Shown here: one piece after another, positions 38,440 to 51,666 of the stretch
Layout of the letters: each line of letters opens with the position of its first letter
Numbering within the stretch: position 1 is the first letter of the stretch
From: Mobula hypostoma
Lineage: Eukaryota
DNA length: 64,000 nt
Reading direction: 5' to 3'
Assembly: GCF_963921235.1 (NCBI RefSeq)
Contig: NC_086097.1
Coordinates: 108,068,001-108,132,000, forward strand
Made by a program: the position numbers and the translations under genes
Notes under the pieces: model-generated
Database searches by the model: none
What the model was told of the DNA's origin: nothing
Seen by the model: the letters and a program-made list of their open reading frames with translations, nothing else

Positions 38440-40350
38440 TAGGGGAACACTTTGCATCCAGTGACCATATGCTATTAGTTTTAAAGTAAATATGCAAAAA
38501 GATGGGTATGGTCTATAGGTAGAGATTTTAAATTCGAGAGAGGCCAATTTTGATGGTATCAGAAATGATTTGGCAAGTGTGGATTGGGACAGGCTATTTT
38601 CTGGCAAAGGTGTACTTGGTAAGTGGGAGGCCTTCAAAAGTGAAATTTTGAGAGTACCAAGATTACATGTGCCTGTCGGAATAAAAGGTAAAGATAACAA
38701 AAGCAGGGACCAAGAGAAAATCTGCAGATGCTGGAAGTCCAAGTAATACACGCAAAATGCTGGAGGAACTCAACAGCCCAGGCTTCATCTATGGAAAAAA
38801 GGTCCAGTTGCTGTTTCGGACTGAGACCCTATGGCAGAGTTCTGCCGAAGGGTCTTGGCCTAAAACATCAAGAGTAGAGAACCTTGGTTTTTAAGAGATA
38901 TCGAGGACCTGGTTAAGAGTAAAAATAGCCTGTATAGGCAAGTAAGAACTAATGAGGTGCTTATGGAGTATAAGAACTGCAAGCGAACTCTTAAGAAAGA
39001 AATCAGGAGGGCTATAAGAAGGCATCAGGTTGCTCTAGCAGACAAGGTGAGGGAGAATCCTAAGGGATTCTATAGATATGTTAAGAGCAAAACAATTGCA
39101 AGGGACAAAATTGGTCTACTGGAAGACCGGAATGGTAATCAATGTATGAGGTCAAAACAGATGGCAGAGATCTTAAATACATTCTTTGCATCTGTATTTA
39201 CTCGGGAGATGGATACAGAGTCTATAGAAGTGAGGCAAAGCAACATTAACTTTATGGATCCTGTAGAGATTACAGAGGAGGAGGTCTTTGCTGCCCTGAG
39301 GCAATTCAGGGTGAATAAATCCCCAGGGCCTGACAAGGTGTTCCCTCGGACCTGACGGGAGGCAAGCACAGAAATTGCTGGGGCCCTAGCAAAGATATTT
39401 AAAACATCCTTAGCAACAGGAGAGGATAGCTATTGTTGTTCTGCTGTTTTAGAATAGGCTGGTGTGTCTGACATCAGTTGTGGGAAAGTTATTGAAAAGT
39501 GTTCTAAGGGACTGGATGTGTAAGTATTTGGATAGACATAGACTGATTAAGGATAGTCAGCATGGCCTTGTGCACGGTAGGGCATTCTAACCAATCTTAT
39601 AGAGTTTTTCGAGGAAGTTACCGGGAAAGTGGATGAAGGCAAGGCAGTGGATGTTGGCTGCATGGACTTTAGCAAGGCATTTGACAAGGTCCTGCATGGG
39701 AGGCTGGTCAAGAAGGGTCACTCTCTCAGCATTCATGATAAGGTAGTAAATTAGATTAGATATTGGCTTTGTGGGAAAAGTTAGAGAGTGGTAGTAGAGG
39801 GTTGCCTCTTTGACTAGAGGTCTGTGACTAGTGGTATGCCATAGGAATCGGTTCTGTTTGTCATCTAATCAGTTATCTGCATGATAATGTGGGGGTTAAC
39901 TGAATCAGCATATTTATGGATGACACCAAGATTGGGGGTGTAGTGGACAGTGAGGAAGGCTATCATGGCTTGCAGAGGGATCTGCATCAGCTGGATAAAT
40001 GAGCTGAAAAATGGCAGATGGATTTAATGCAGACATGTGTGAGCTTTTGCACCTCAGTTGGACCAATCAGGGTAGGTCTTACATAATGAAAGTGGCATCA
40101 CAGTAGATAGGGTTGTAAAGAAAGCTTTTAGCTCATTATCGTTCATATATCAATGCATTGAGTGCAGGAGAAGGGATGTTATGTTAAAGTTATATGTCAT
40201 TGGTGAGTTCTAATTTGGAGTATTGTGTGCAGTTTTGGTCACCTACCAACAGGAAAGAGGTAAACAAGGTTGAAACAGTACAGAGAAAATCTACAATCAT
40301 GTTGTTGGGTCTGGAGGACCTGAGTTGTAAGGAAAGCTTGAATAGCTTAG
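38440..40350 (+). mobile_element. CR1 ORF2, decayed, with a Penelope pLTR insertion at ~38710-38870
   Basis: ENPKGFYRYVKSK, KSPGPDKVFPR, MDFSKAFDKV and LEYCVQFWSP motifs. Confidence 0.85.
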
Positions 40351-43300
40351 GACTGGACCAAGCACATTTCCTTGTCCTGATGCAGACAGGGCGCTATTGA
40401 GAGGAGCACCAGAAGACGTATAAATACAAAGGCAGATGGTTCAATACGGAGTGCAGGTGGTATCTGGAAGGATGGGAAAGGCTTCAGTACCTTCTCCATG
40501 AACTGCATGCTGATTCTTCCTGAGGTCATGCTCTGGGCAACATGCTTCTCCTATTGCATAGTGTCTCCCTTCCAGACTGTTCTGAAAGGCACTCTCCTTT
40601 TTGATGTTGCACTGGGATTTGCTTGCAATGAACCTGGAGAGTGTTCATTGACATATCAACAATTGGTCTGTCATCAGAGAATGAGAGTGTGTGCCCGCTT
40701 GTGCCGGTGGATTGTCTGTGCATTTCCAGGTCTCATTAGGTGTGTTTATAGAATAAGAGAGAGATAAACAGGCCCCTTTTTGGTACTGAGAGACACTGAC
40801 CATCAACCAGCCATTTACACCAATCCTACTTAATCCTATTTTTTCAATTCTTATTATGTTCTCTTCATCTCCCCTCAGCTTTTATCTCTGACTTTGAATA
40901 AGTATTCAGCATAGACTGGATGGGATGAAGGGCCTTTTGCTGTGCTGTAATGCTCTGACTTACACAAAAGGGACCATTTACAGTGGCAAATTAATTTCCA
41001 AACCACAAATCTTTGGGATATGGGAGGAAACCAGAGCATGTGGGGGAGGAAATGCACAGGATCACAGGGAGCATGTGCCAACACCCACAGTCAGGATCAA
41101 GCCCAAGTCTCTGTGCACAGAGGCTGTGGCTCTGCTAGATGTGCCACTGTGTCTGAAATATAACTTGTATTCTCTCTAAATGATACTCTTATTTGCCAGA
41201 ATGTTCCTGGTTTGTTATAAATCAAAATTTCCAGATACATTAATCATTTGAATTTTCTTCTGCCGTAAGAACAACAGCCTCTGTCTCACTGGGACCTTGA
41301 CCATACTTGCCTCCCATATGCTTCATCACCCACTGAGTTCTTCCAGCCATTTGTTTTATGTCGCACATTTTGTTAGACATTGCCCGTTTTAAACATTTGA
41401 TGTTCACACTCGACATAACTGCCTTCTCTGCCTTCTGACCTCTGCTGTCAGTTGCGTTTGAATGTATTTTATTGAGTGTTTTCCTGGCTCTCACTGGAAG
41501 ATGAGGAATCGGACCTGGGATGCTGGAGAGCATGCAGTTTTGGATGGAGATTATGTAGGAAGAGGCAGACAAAACATAACAATGAAGAAAACATTATCCA
41601 TCCTGAACCATCAGGGTTTACAAGAAGTCATTCTCCTAAATGTATCTTTCTAGGGTGTAATATCTCAGCAGGCCAAGATGGTCATCATCGAGATCTTCAA
41701 TCTTCTAACCCCTCAGCTGTAATTCAACTGCTTTGACAGTGACTTTCATTATCAGATTCCCATCTCCGTGATCATTCCAAGTGGTGCTGCTGATCATTGC
41801 CGTATTTTACATTTTTACTCAGCTCAGCTTTAGGGAGATTACTAATTCTGCAAACCCTGAGAGGCAGCTTCTGCTACTTTAGCTAGAGCATGGGGCAGAG
41901 CAGGCAGATGCCAGCACTTTCCCCAAAATATAATGGCTACGTTTAGGTTGCAATTCAAGCTTCACTTCAGAACCTGAAACTCTTAATGAATTGAGAGAGA
42001 TTCCATTCAGTCATTGTTTATGTTGTGACTGAGCATCAGGAGAGTTTGCTCCTGCTCATGTCACTGGTGGATATCCTGGGAGAGGATGACTCATTCACTT
42101 CAAAGCACAGCTGCCTGTCAACATCCAGGGGGCACAGAATAGAAATAAAGATTTTGGCCTTTTTTTAAAAAAAAATCTTCTTCTGACATCTCCTACACAA
42201 CTTGACCCTTTTTTTTTTACTTACATCTATGTGCCCGAATCTCTTAAGTGTCACTATTGTATCTCCATCTATCACCCCTGGCAGTGCATTCTGAGCACCT
42301 ACCACTCTCCATGTTTTTTTCAAAACAAAGACTCTTTCTGACTTCTTCAAATGTTCCTCCACTCACCTTCTCCATAATCAATGCTTTGTAGCAAAGCATT
42401 GCTAAAATGAAAGCCACATCAGCACAAGCTCAGAGGGGATTGGATCACTTATTTGTGAGTCGTGTGAATGCAGGGTGGCTGAGGAAATGTGTCACTTGCT
42501 GTTTTAATGGAGGGATCACTATTAGCTGACTGAAAATGAGATTCTTATGACTTCTTCAACTGCAGCCACTTACGGCTCAGGCTCCTCCCCTCTTCGATTC
42601 CCCACCTTCAACCAACTGTGGACTCACTTTTGGAGACTACCGTCTGACGTTTAATGTTTTGTATGGCATTTGTTCGCTTTTTGCTGTTGGCGTGATTTGT
42701 TCTTTTTTCTCTCACATCTGATAGTCTCTAAATGGTGGTGTTTTTGTGGCTGTCTGCAAGAAGAGGAATCTCAAGGTTGTATATTGTGTGCATGCAGTGC
42801 TTTGAACTTTGACCGGTGCAGTGATGTGTGCAGTTCTAAGATACCCAAAGATGGCACCTGAGAGGGGTGGCCCCTTGCAAGCAGCTAACAGTCTCTGTAA
42901 CGACCCTACTGTGAGCAATATTTAAATAAACCGCATGATGAAGTGAAATATGTACATATGACCTTTGTGTAAAGTGCAAACACAGTTTTAATAATGAGGC
43001 ATGATTTCAACTCTTGAATTATTTATCATTGATTAATTCCACTGTTATGGAGCCTAATTGGTCTCCGGTGTAAGTCTTACCTCAGTTTGAACTTACCAGC
43101 TTCTGATCAGCTTTGGTTTACAGTGCCTCAACCTCTGGTGTAAGAGTGATTTAGACATGTGCTGGCCATGTGCCTCTAGCATCCTTTGAAACTGTCTCCC
43201 AATACCCAAGGAGTTAGTGGGTTAAAAGAAGCCACTCTGTGTCTGTTAGTCTTTTCAAAAGAGGAAACTGCTGGGTGAACTCTGTATCAGTGAAGGCAAA

Positions 43301-43782
43301 GGGATTGCTGACATTTTAGATCAAGAACTTGTATCCGGACTGAGAGGGGAGATTGTCGATGTAAAGAGGGGTGGATGAGGCAGCAGCTAGCTTTGCCCAC
43401 ACCTTCCTGAAGTCAATGACCAGTTCTTTTGTTTAGTTGACATTGAGAGAATGTCTGAGGGAACCATTACCATCAGATTCGCTGTCCCTATCCTGCACTC
43501 TGATTCATCTTTATTTGAGATGTTGCTCATTACAATGGTATCGTCTGCAAACTGTGGCCTCTAATGATTTTATAAGCCTCTATAAGGCCACTCCTCAGTT
43601 TCCTAGGGGGAAAAAGGCCCAGCCTATCCAGCTTCTCCCTTGTAACTTAAATCCTCCATTCCCTGTAAATCCATTTTATGCCCTCTCCGATTTATGACAT
43701 CCATCCTATAGCACTGTGATCAAAACTGTATGTAATACTCCAAATGTGATATTACCAAGGTCTTGTGCAGAGATAACATGAC

Positions 43783-44360
43783 TGTCCCAGAAATTTTGAT
43801 GTACTTGTTTGTTATAAGTTTGAATGCCTCTGTGATGGGATCCTGAATTATCCCTTATGAACTGTGCTTTTAAAAAGAGAGAGAGAGCTGTACAGCACAA
43901 ACACCTTGTTATTAAGAGAGAGAGAGGCAAAGACTGCTCACAGTTTGTTTGGAATTTCTGCAAGGACACTGCCAGCTTCTGAGTTCCTACTGGGAGAGAA
44001 GGGAGGAGCTACTTGCACATTTTGTTAGACATTGCCCGGTTTAAACGTTTGGTGTTCAGCATGCTGAGATAAATACAAGGTCAGCTGGTTGTTAGACACA
44101 CATGATTTTGGACACTGGATGAGCTTTGTTGTGCCCACATAAAGGTGGGTTTTTAGAGGATCGATCAGTGGCTCTCGCAGTGTGGAAAAGGGGTGACCGG
44201 TGGGAAGTTATTAGTGTGTCCAACCCTCGCCTGGGTTGATAACTCCACCACAGAAAACTGTCCCGTTGTTGTGGTCACATTCGGTGACTTCTAAAGGATT
44301 TAGGAGGACAACGGGAAGAATCGACGGCATCGGCTTACTCGAACAACCACAATGCGCGCG

Positions 44361-44395
<35 letters not shown>

Positions 44396-44683
44396 GTCTC
44401 TCTGTCTCTGTCTCCCTCTGTCTCGCTCTGTCTCTCTCCATCACTACTGAACTAAATACCACAAACTGAATTGAACTTTACTCATCACCATAAGACTGTA
44501 TCCGTTTACCCCTAGGCTTGAAGAAGTTTGGTTTATATAATCATTGCTAACCTATTGGATATATCTGAATTTTATTACTGTATTGCGCAATTACTAATAA
44601 ATAGCATTAGTTAACAGCAATACCAGACTCCAAGGTGTTTTCCATTTCTGCTGGTTCTTTAACCCGTCACAGGGTACGTGACA
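43783..44683 (+). mobile_element. Probable solo LTR (~900 bp)
   Basis: TGTC...GTGACA ends, an internal (TC)n tract and AATAAA near 44596. The 3' end has the same style as 22625-23419. No clear TSD. Confidence 0.6.
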
Positions 44684-44719
44684 CCTCATTGACTGCATCA
44701 CTCAGACCACCTTCCTCCT

Positions 44720-44822
44720 TCAAGCAACACACATAAAAGTTGCTGGTGAACGCAGCAGGTCAGGCAGCATCTCTAGGAAGAGGTACTGTCGATGTTTTGG
44801 GCTGAGACCCTTCGTCAGGACT
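44720..44822 (-). mobile_element. Penelope pLTR fragment with a mutated hammerhead
   Basis: Reverse complement of the 52362-52458 segment. Confidence 0.75.
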
Positions 44823-45406
44823 ATCCTTCCTCCTTCACCTGCAGCTGCTGTGAAAGAGACCATCACTCTGGAGTGGGGCTGTACAGCCACTGGAAAACGT
44901 GCAAGTAACCCCAAGTCTACTGCTCCAAGAACCCATCAGAAAAAGTGTCACACCATTGTCTCTCGACGTACATTACTGAATGCAGTCAGTGGTAGCGGTG
45001 GCAGCATTCGTATGTCGAGAGACGATGGTAGGACACTTTTTCAGATGGCTCTTGGGGTTGTAGACGGGACTATTTTCACCCTTGGTAATACACCCTCATT
45101 ACTTTTCTACTTTTCCAGTTGTATCTCTGCACCCTCTATAACCTGGGGCTTTTTGCAAGGTTATGCATAAGATCCTACATGTTGTGTACTGCTGTATACT
45201 TTCAGTTCCTTGACAACACTTTGGGAACCTCTTTTCTCTCTGATTTGATATAAGGCTTGCACTAATTTCAATATTTCTCTCCACCATTCTAACCTTCCGG
45301 TAGAGTGGGAGGGCGGCTACTGCACAGGATCAAAGGAAGCTGCGGAGTGTTGTAAGTTTAGTCAGCTCCATCATGGGTACTAGCCTCCGTAGTATCCAAG
45401 ACATCT

Positions 45407-45444
45407 GTGAGTGTGTGTGTGTGAGTGTGTGTGTGTGAGTGTGT

Positions 45445-45477
<33 letters not shown>

Positions 45478-45479
45478 TC

Positions 45480-45547
<68 letters not shown>

Positions 45548-45668
45548 TGTGTGTGAGTGTGTGAGTGTGTGTGTGTGTGTGAGTGTGTGTGTGTGTGTGT
45601 GTGTGAGTGTGTGAGTGTGTGTGTGTGTGTGTGTGAGTGTGTGTGTGTGTGTGAGTGTGTGTGTGAGT

Positions 45669-45702
<34 letters not shown>

Positions 45703-45734
45703 GTGTGTGTGTGTGTGTGAGTGTGTGTGTGAGT

Positions 45735-45768
<34 letters not shown>

Positions 45769-45820
45769 GTGTGTGTGTGTGAGTGTGTGAGTGTGTGTGT
45801 GAGTGTGTGTGTGTGTGTGT
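45407..45820. repeat. Compound (GT)n/(GAGT) microsatellite, ~410 bp, at the 3' tail of an RTE element
   Basis: Directly visible in the sequence. Confidence 0.97.
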
Positions 45821-48770
45821 CGTCCGACTGTCATGGTTGACCATGGGTACTGCGCCTCTGATAGTCACTGGTTTGTCGAGCAGCGTCAACTGTGGCTATT
45901 GAGGCTGATTCGGGAACGGCAGGCTCTGCCACAGTTGCTGCATGTGTAGGACGCCGTGGAATTGTTGTCCGCTGTGCTCTCCATTTAACTCTCCTCTCCT
46001 CAAACTGACTCAGGATCACTCTTTCGCCTTGCTCTGAAGAGTACCTTGCCATTTGTTGTGGTCATCTGCTGTATCCTCCCAGCACTCTGTGTTGATTTTT
46101 AAGGCTTTCATGTTGTGCTTACAGAGGCCCATGAAGTGAAGCTGGGGTCTACCAATATTCCTCCTGCCTGTTGCTAGTTCTCTGCAGAGGATGTCCTTTG
46201 GCAGTCTACCATCCTTCATACAACAGATGTGGCCTGGCCAGCGCAGTCTGCGTGGTCTTAAAAACGTGAACATTGTGGGAAGTCCAGTGCAGGAGAGAAC
46301 CTCAGAGTCTGGGACTTTGTCTCTCCAGGTGAAGGGTTCTGATGAGCTGCCATCGTACTGAACAGTAGCCCTCATGTCGTCACGGAATGACTTGATGATA
46401 CTTTGGAGTTTCAGGGGACAGCCAATCTTGAGGAGAATCTGAAACAGCCCATCCCTGCTGACAAGGTTGAATGCCTTGGTCAAGTTGATGAAAGCAACAT
46501 AGAGGGGTTTCTGTTGTTCCCTGCACTTCTCCTGGAGTTGACGGAGTGAGAAAATCACGTCAACAGTTGACTTCCTTGCGTGAAAACCACATTGGGACTC
46601 AGGGTAGACCCGTTCTTCCAGAGTTTGTAGACATGCCAGAGTTACACAAGCAAAGACTTTGCTGACAATACTCAGGAGGGAGATAGAAACAAGGAAAATA
46701 GGTGCAGGAGTAGGCCATTCGGCCCTTCGAGCCTGCACCGCCATTTAGTATGATCATGGCTGATCATCCAACTCAGAACTCTGTACCTGCTTTTTCTCCA
46801 TACGCCCTGATCCCTTTAGCCACAAGGGCCGTATCTAACTCCCTCTTAAATATAGCCAATGAACTGGCCTCAACTGTTTCCTGTGGCAGAGAATTCCATA
46901 GATTTACCACTCTCTATGTGAAGAAGTTTTTCCTCATCTCGGTCCCAAAAGGCTTCCCCTTTATCCTGAAACTGTGACCCCTCGTTCTGGACTTCCCCAA
47001 CATCAGGAACAATCTTCCTGCATCTAGCCTGTCCAATCCCTTTAGAATGTTGTACATTTCAATAAGATACCCCTGTAGTTGTTGCAGTCGCTCCTATCTC
47101 CCTTGTTCTTGTATAGAGTGATGATTTTGGAGTCGTGCATATCTTGTGGTACGGCTCCTTCCTTCCAGCACTGACGGAGGACCTCATGTAAAGGTTAGAG
47201 GAGTGGGCTCTTGCAGTGTTTGATCAGGTCTGGAGGAATCCCATCATTACCAGGAGCTTTCCCTGGGGCCAGACTGTCAGTTGCCTTGCTGAGGTCCTCA
47301 GTGGTTGGTTCGGAATCGAGTTCATCCATGACTGGTAGACAATCGATGGCATCAATGGCTGAGCTAACAACAACATTTTCCCTCGAGTAGAGCGTTCCAT
47401 CTGCTTGCTTTTATTGGTGATTATTTCACCACTGGATGTCTTCAGGGGTGCTGTCTTGCTCTGCAATGGGCTAAGGGCCTTCTTGATACCATCATACATC
47501 GATCTGATGTTGCCTGTCACAGCTGCTGTCTGAATGTCCTCACTGAGCTGGAGCCAGTACTCGTTTGTGCACTGCCTTGCTGTCTGTTGCAATTTGCTTC
47601 GAAGTGGCTGGAATGTTTGGTCGGATGGTGAACGCTTGTACTCTGTGGGAGCTGCACGCTTGGTTTTGATGGACTTTGCCTCAAACCACTCACAGTCCTA
47701 AGGTGGTAATTTAATAATTCCAAATGATTCTTGAAATATTCGAGAGGAAAGATTTCCCAAATCAGCTTTGGACCAGTCCATGCAGTATAGACATCACTGC
47801 TGCCGCAGCTCCCAGCCGAAATGCCTTATCCGTAGTTATGACGCAAAATACGATTTCTCAAAGTAAATGACCTTTCAACAAAGTGGTCATCACACAATAC
47901 CCAAACCGTGTAAGGGTTAACAAAACTTGTGTGCCACGTATGGACGGTTCCAAATGTCAGTCACACCTGTAATGCGAAATGCTGCTGGTTAACCCCAATC
48001 CTTCTGGGGTTCGTTCGGAGCTGCTGATTCTCCACTCTCACTCTCTTCTTCTCCGATGGCATAACTATCAACGGTGAATTCCCACCAAAACTAACTACGC
48101 AACAACTGTGGTTTCCCCTTATATACCAGTTGGAACATGCCATCACATGACATCACACCACCCCACTAACACAAGACAATTACATCATTCCAATGGCACA
48201 AGACAATTACATCATATTCACGAGATACTCACGGGACAGGTAACAAGCCAATGAGGAAGACTGACAGCACCTTATTGGCTGGGGGCTGTCCAGCTTGAGG
48301 CCGGCAGTAACTCTCCAGCGAAATGTGATGGTCTCTCCCACCATTAGAAGCAACCCCTGGCGCCATGCTCTACGCCAATCAAGCATTATGACTTATAACT
48401 GGTAACTGCTGCTTCCCACGTTTGTCTGACGCTATAAAGTGAAGCTGGAGTGGCCTCTCCAGGGCGCAAGCCAGGGCAGTGTTGATATGGAGATCCATCT
48501 GTTGCCCATGCAGTGGGACCCCCTTCTCCATGCAGATGACAGGTCCAAAGGAACGACAAAAGTCGATACAGTTTGGTGCCAGCAGCATCGCAGGAGTTGC
48601 CGTGCTGGTGCTGGGTACAGCAGTCAGGACTCCGACTCCAGGTTTTTCCTCGGGGTTTACTCCCAAAGGCTTTCCTGTAAGGGGTATAGCCGCAAGGCAG
48701 CGGAGGTTTGAAATTGGAGTTTTCCCTCTCCTAGATGAGCTACCATCCGTGGTTAGTGTGATCTGGGCCG
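45821..48770 (-). mobile_element. RTE (BovB-like clade) LINE, internally deleted, inserted in a Rex1 3' end
   Basis: VYPESQCGF..STVDVIFSLRQLQEKCREQQKPLYVAF..LTKAF and RRLRW.GH..MKDGRLPKDIL motifs. Rex1 flanks lie at 45310-45406 and 48932-49245. A CR1 tail is nested at 46685-47072. Confidence 0.85.
47695..48245. mobile_element. Possible LTR fragment nested in the RTE
   Basis: A CpG-retaining block unrelated to the RTE, ending in GTAACA. Left boundary unclear. Confidence 0.35.
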
Positions 48771-51666
48771 ACATTTACATGCCGGGCGGCACCTAATTAG
48801 CTTGTTTATTTCAGCTTTTTTCTTAAAGATGTGCTGGGTGTGTTCTGACTACCGCTGCACCGCTGCATTCTTCATGGCAATGTATCGGTCTGCGGCCTGG
48901 AGGTTGGGTACCACTGCCTTAAAACCAGTTTAAGGAGCGGTACCTCAGAAATGCAGTATCCTCCACCATCCAGGACATGACCTCTTCTCATTGTTACCAT
49001 CAGAAAGGAAGTACAGAAGCCTGAAAGCACATACTCAGTGATTCAGGAACAGCTTCTTCCTCTCTGCCATCTGAACACTACCTCACTACTTTTTTTAATT
49101 TCTGTTTTTGCACTACTTGTTTAATTTAACTAGTTAATATACATGCTGTAATTCAGTTTTTTCTCTATATTTATCATGTATTGTACTTCTGCCATGAATT
49201 TAACAAATTTCACGACAAATGCCAGTGATAATAAACCTGATTCTGGTTCTTCTGTCCCTGTTCTGTTTTATATCAATGCCATATGTATAGCATGTAGTTG
49301 GGTGCCTCTGGGATGCACTGTTACTGGTGGCCCTTCCATTGAGCATGAAGAATTGCTGACTTCATTTCCTGTATGAGCCCTTCTCTTGTGTGCTGTACAT
49401 TCTGATAGGTAAAATTCTGCCATTTTACTGTTCTCCGTCCCAACTAAATGAACTGCAGGTTAATGATGGTTGCATACCTATACAAGAAACAGATTAGATT
49501 TTCTCTTCATTCTCCATGTACTGTTTGCAGACATTTTTATTTCATCCTCATCTGTGTTGTTTCCTGAGCACTACACTAAAGGTTGTTATTTATTTCTTGA
49601 GCCTCTCGTCTATCGCAGTAGTTGTGATCGTGACTGCAGCACTCCCTCCTTTTGTATATGTCCATTTATTTGAGCTAATACTGAATGTTAACTTTGAATT
49701 CTGCAGTTGTCCTAACTCTCCTTGTTCTATTTGGTTCAGGCCCCCTCATCAGCAGTGTACCTAAGAGGGTCACACATGTCAACAGGATTTTGGCAGTCTT
49801 GCATTTCAAGTACTTGATGTGGTATAGAGAAACGAACCTGGTCAGGTGTCAGATCTCTTCGTGGGAGAGCATTTTGGAGATAGTGATCGCAATGCTACCT
49901 TCTTTACCATAGCATTGGAGAGGGATAGGAACAGACAAGTTAGGAAAGCATTTAAGTGGAGGAAGGGGAAAGATGAAGCTATCAGGCAGGAACTTCGAAG
50001 CATAAATTGGGAACAGATGTTCTCAGGGAAATATACAGCAGAAATGTGGCTAATGTTCAGGGATATTTGCATGGAGTCCTGCACAGGTACATTCCAATGA
50101 GTTGGAAAGGATGGTAGAGTACTGGAACCGTGGTGTACAAAGGCTGTTGTAAATCTAGTCAAGAAGAAAAGAAGAGCTTACGAAAAGTTAAAAAAAAACT
50201 AGGTTATGATAGGGATCTAGAAAATTATAAGGCTAGCAGGAAGGAGCTTAAGAATGAAATTAGGAGAGCCAGAAGGGGCCATGAGAAAGCCTTGGTGAGT
50301 AGGATTAAGGAAAATCCCAAGGCATTCTACAGGTATGTGAAGAACAAGAGGATAAGATATGACAGAATAGGACCAATCAAGTGTGACAGTGGAAAAGTGT
50401 CTATGGAACCAGAGGAGGTGGCAGAGGTACTTAGTGAATACTGAAGCAAAGTATTCACTACAGAAAAGGACTTTGGTGATTGTGGGGATGACTTACAGCG
50501 GACTGAAAAGCTTGAACATATAGTCATTAAAAAAGAGCATGTGCTGGAGCTTTTGGAAAGCATCAAGTTGGATAAGTCACTGGGACTGGTCGATATATAC
50601 CCCAAGCTACTGTAGGAAGCGAGGGAGGAGATTGCAATAATTTTTGCATCATCAATGGGAATGGGAGAGGTTGCAGAGGATTGGAGGGTTGCAGTTGTTG
50701 TTCCCTTATTCAAGAAAGGGAGTAGAGATAGCCCAGGAAATTATAGACCAGTGAGTCTTACGTCAATGGTTGGTAAGTTGATGGAGAAGATCTTGAGAGG
50801 CAGGATTTATAAAAATTTGGAGAGGCATAATATGATTAGGAATAGTCAGCATGGCTTTGTTAGAGGTAGGTCGTGCCTTACGAGCCTGATTGAATTTTTT
50901 GAGGATGTGATTAAACACATTGATGAAGGTAGAGCAGTAGATGTAGTGTATATGGACTTCAGCAAGGCATTTGATAAGATACGCCATGCAAGGCTTATTG
51001 AGAAAGTAAGGAGGCATGGGATCCAAGGGGACCTTGCTTTGTGGATCCAGAATTGGCTCACCCACAGGAGGCAAAGAGTGGTTGTAGACGGGTCATATTC
51101 TGCATGGAGGTTGGTGACCAGTGGTGTGCCTCAGGTATCTGTTCTGGGACCCCTTCTCTTCATGATTTTTATGAATGACCCGAGTGAGGAAGTGGAGGGA
51201 TGGGTTAGTAAATTTGCGGATGACACAAAGGTTGGAGGTGTTGTGGATAGTGTGGAGGACTGTTACAGCGGGATATCAATAGGATGCAAAACTGGGCTGA
51301 GAAGTGGCAGATGGAGTTCAACCCAGATAAGTGTGAGGTGGTTCATTTTGGTAGGTCAAATATGATGGCAGAATATAGTGTTAATGGTAAGACTCTTGGG
51401 AGTGTGGAGGATCAGAGGGATCATGGGGTCCGAGTTCATAGGGCACTCAAAGCTGCTGCATGGGATGACTGTGTGGTTAAGAAGGCATACGGTGTATTGG
51501 CCTTCATCAATCGTGGGATTGAATTTAAGAGCTGAGAGGTAATGTTACACCTATATAGGACCCTGGTCAGACCCCACTTGGAGTACTGTGCTCATTTCTG
51601 GTCCCCTCACTACAGGAAGGATGTGAAAACTATAGAAAGAGTTCAGAGGAGATTTACAAGGACGTT

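Noticed and set aside
45358..45889. His/Thr-rich and Cys/Val-rich ORFs
   Set aside because: They are translations of a (GT)n/(GAGT) microsatellite.
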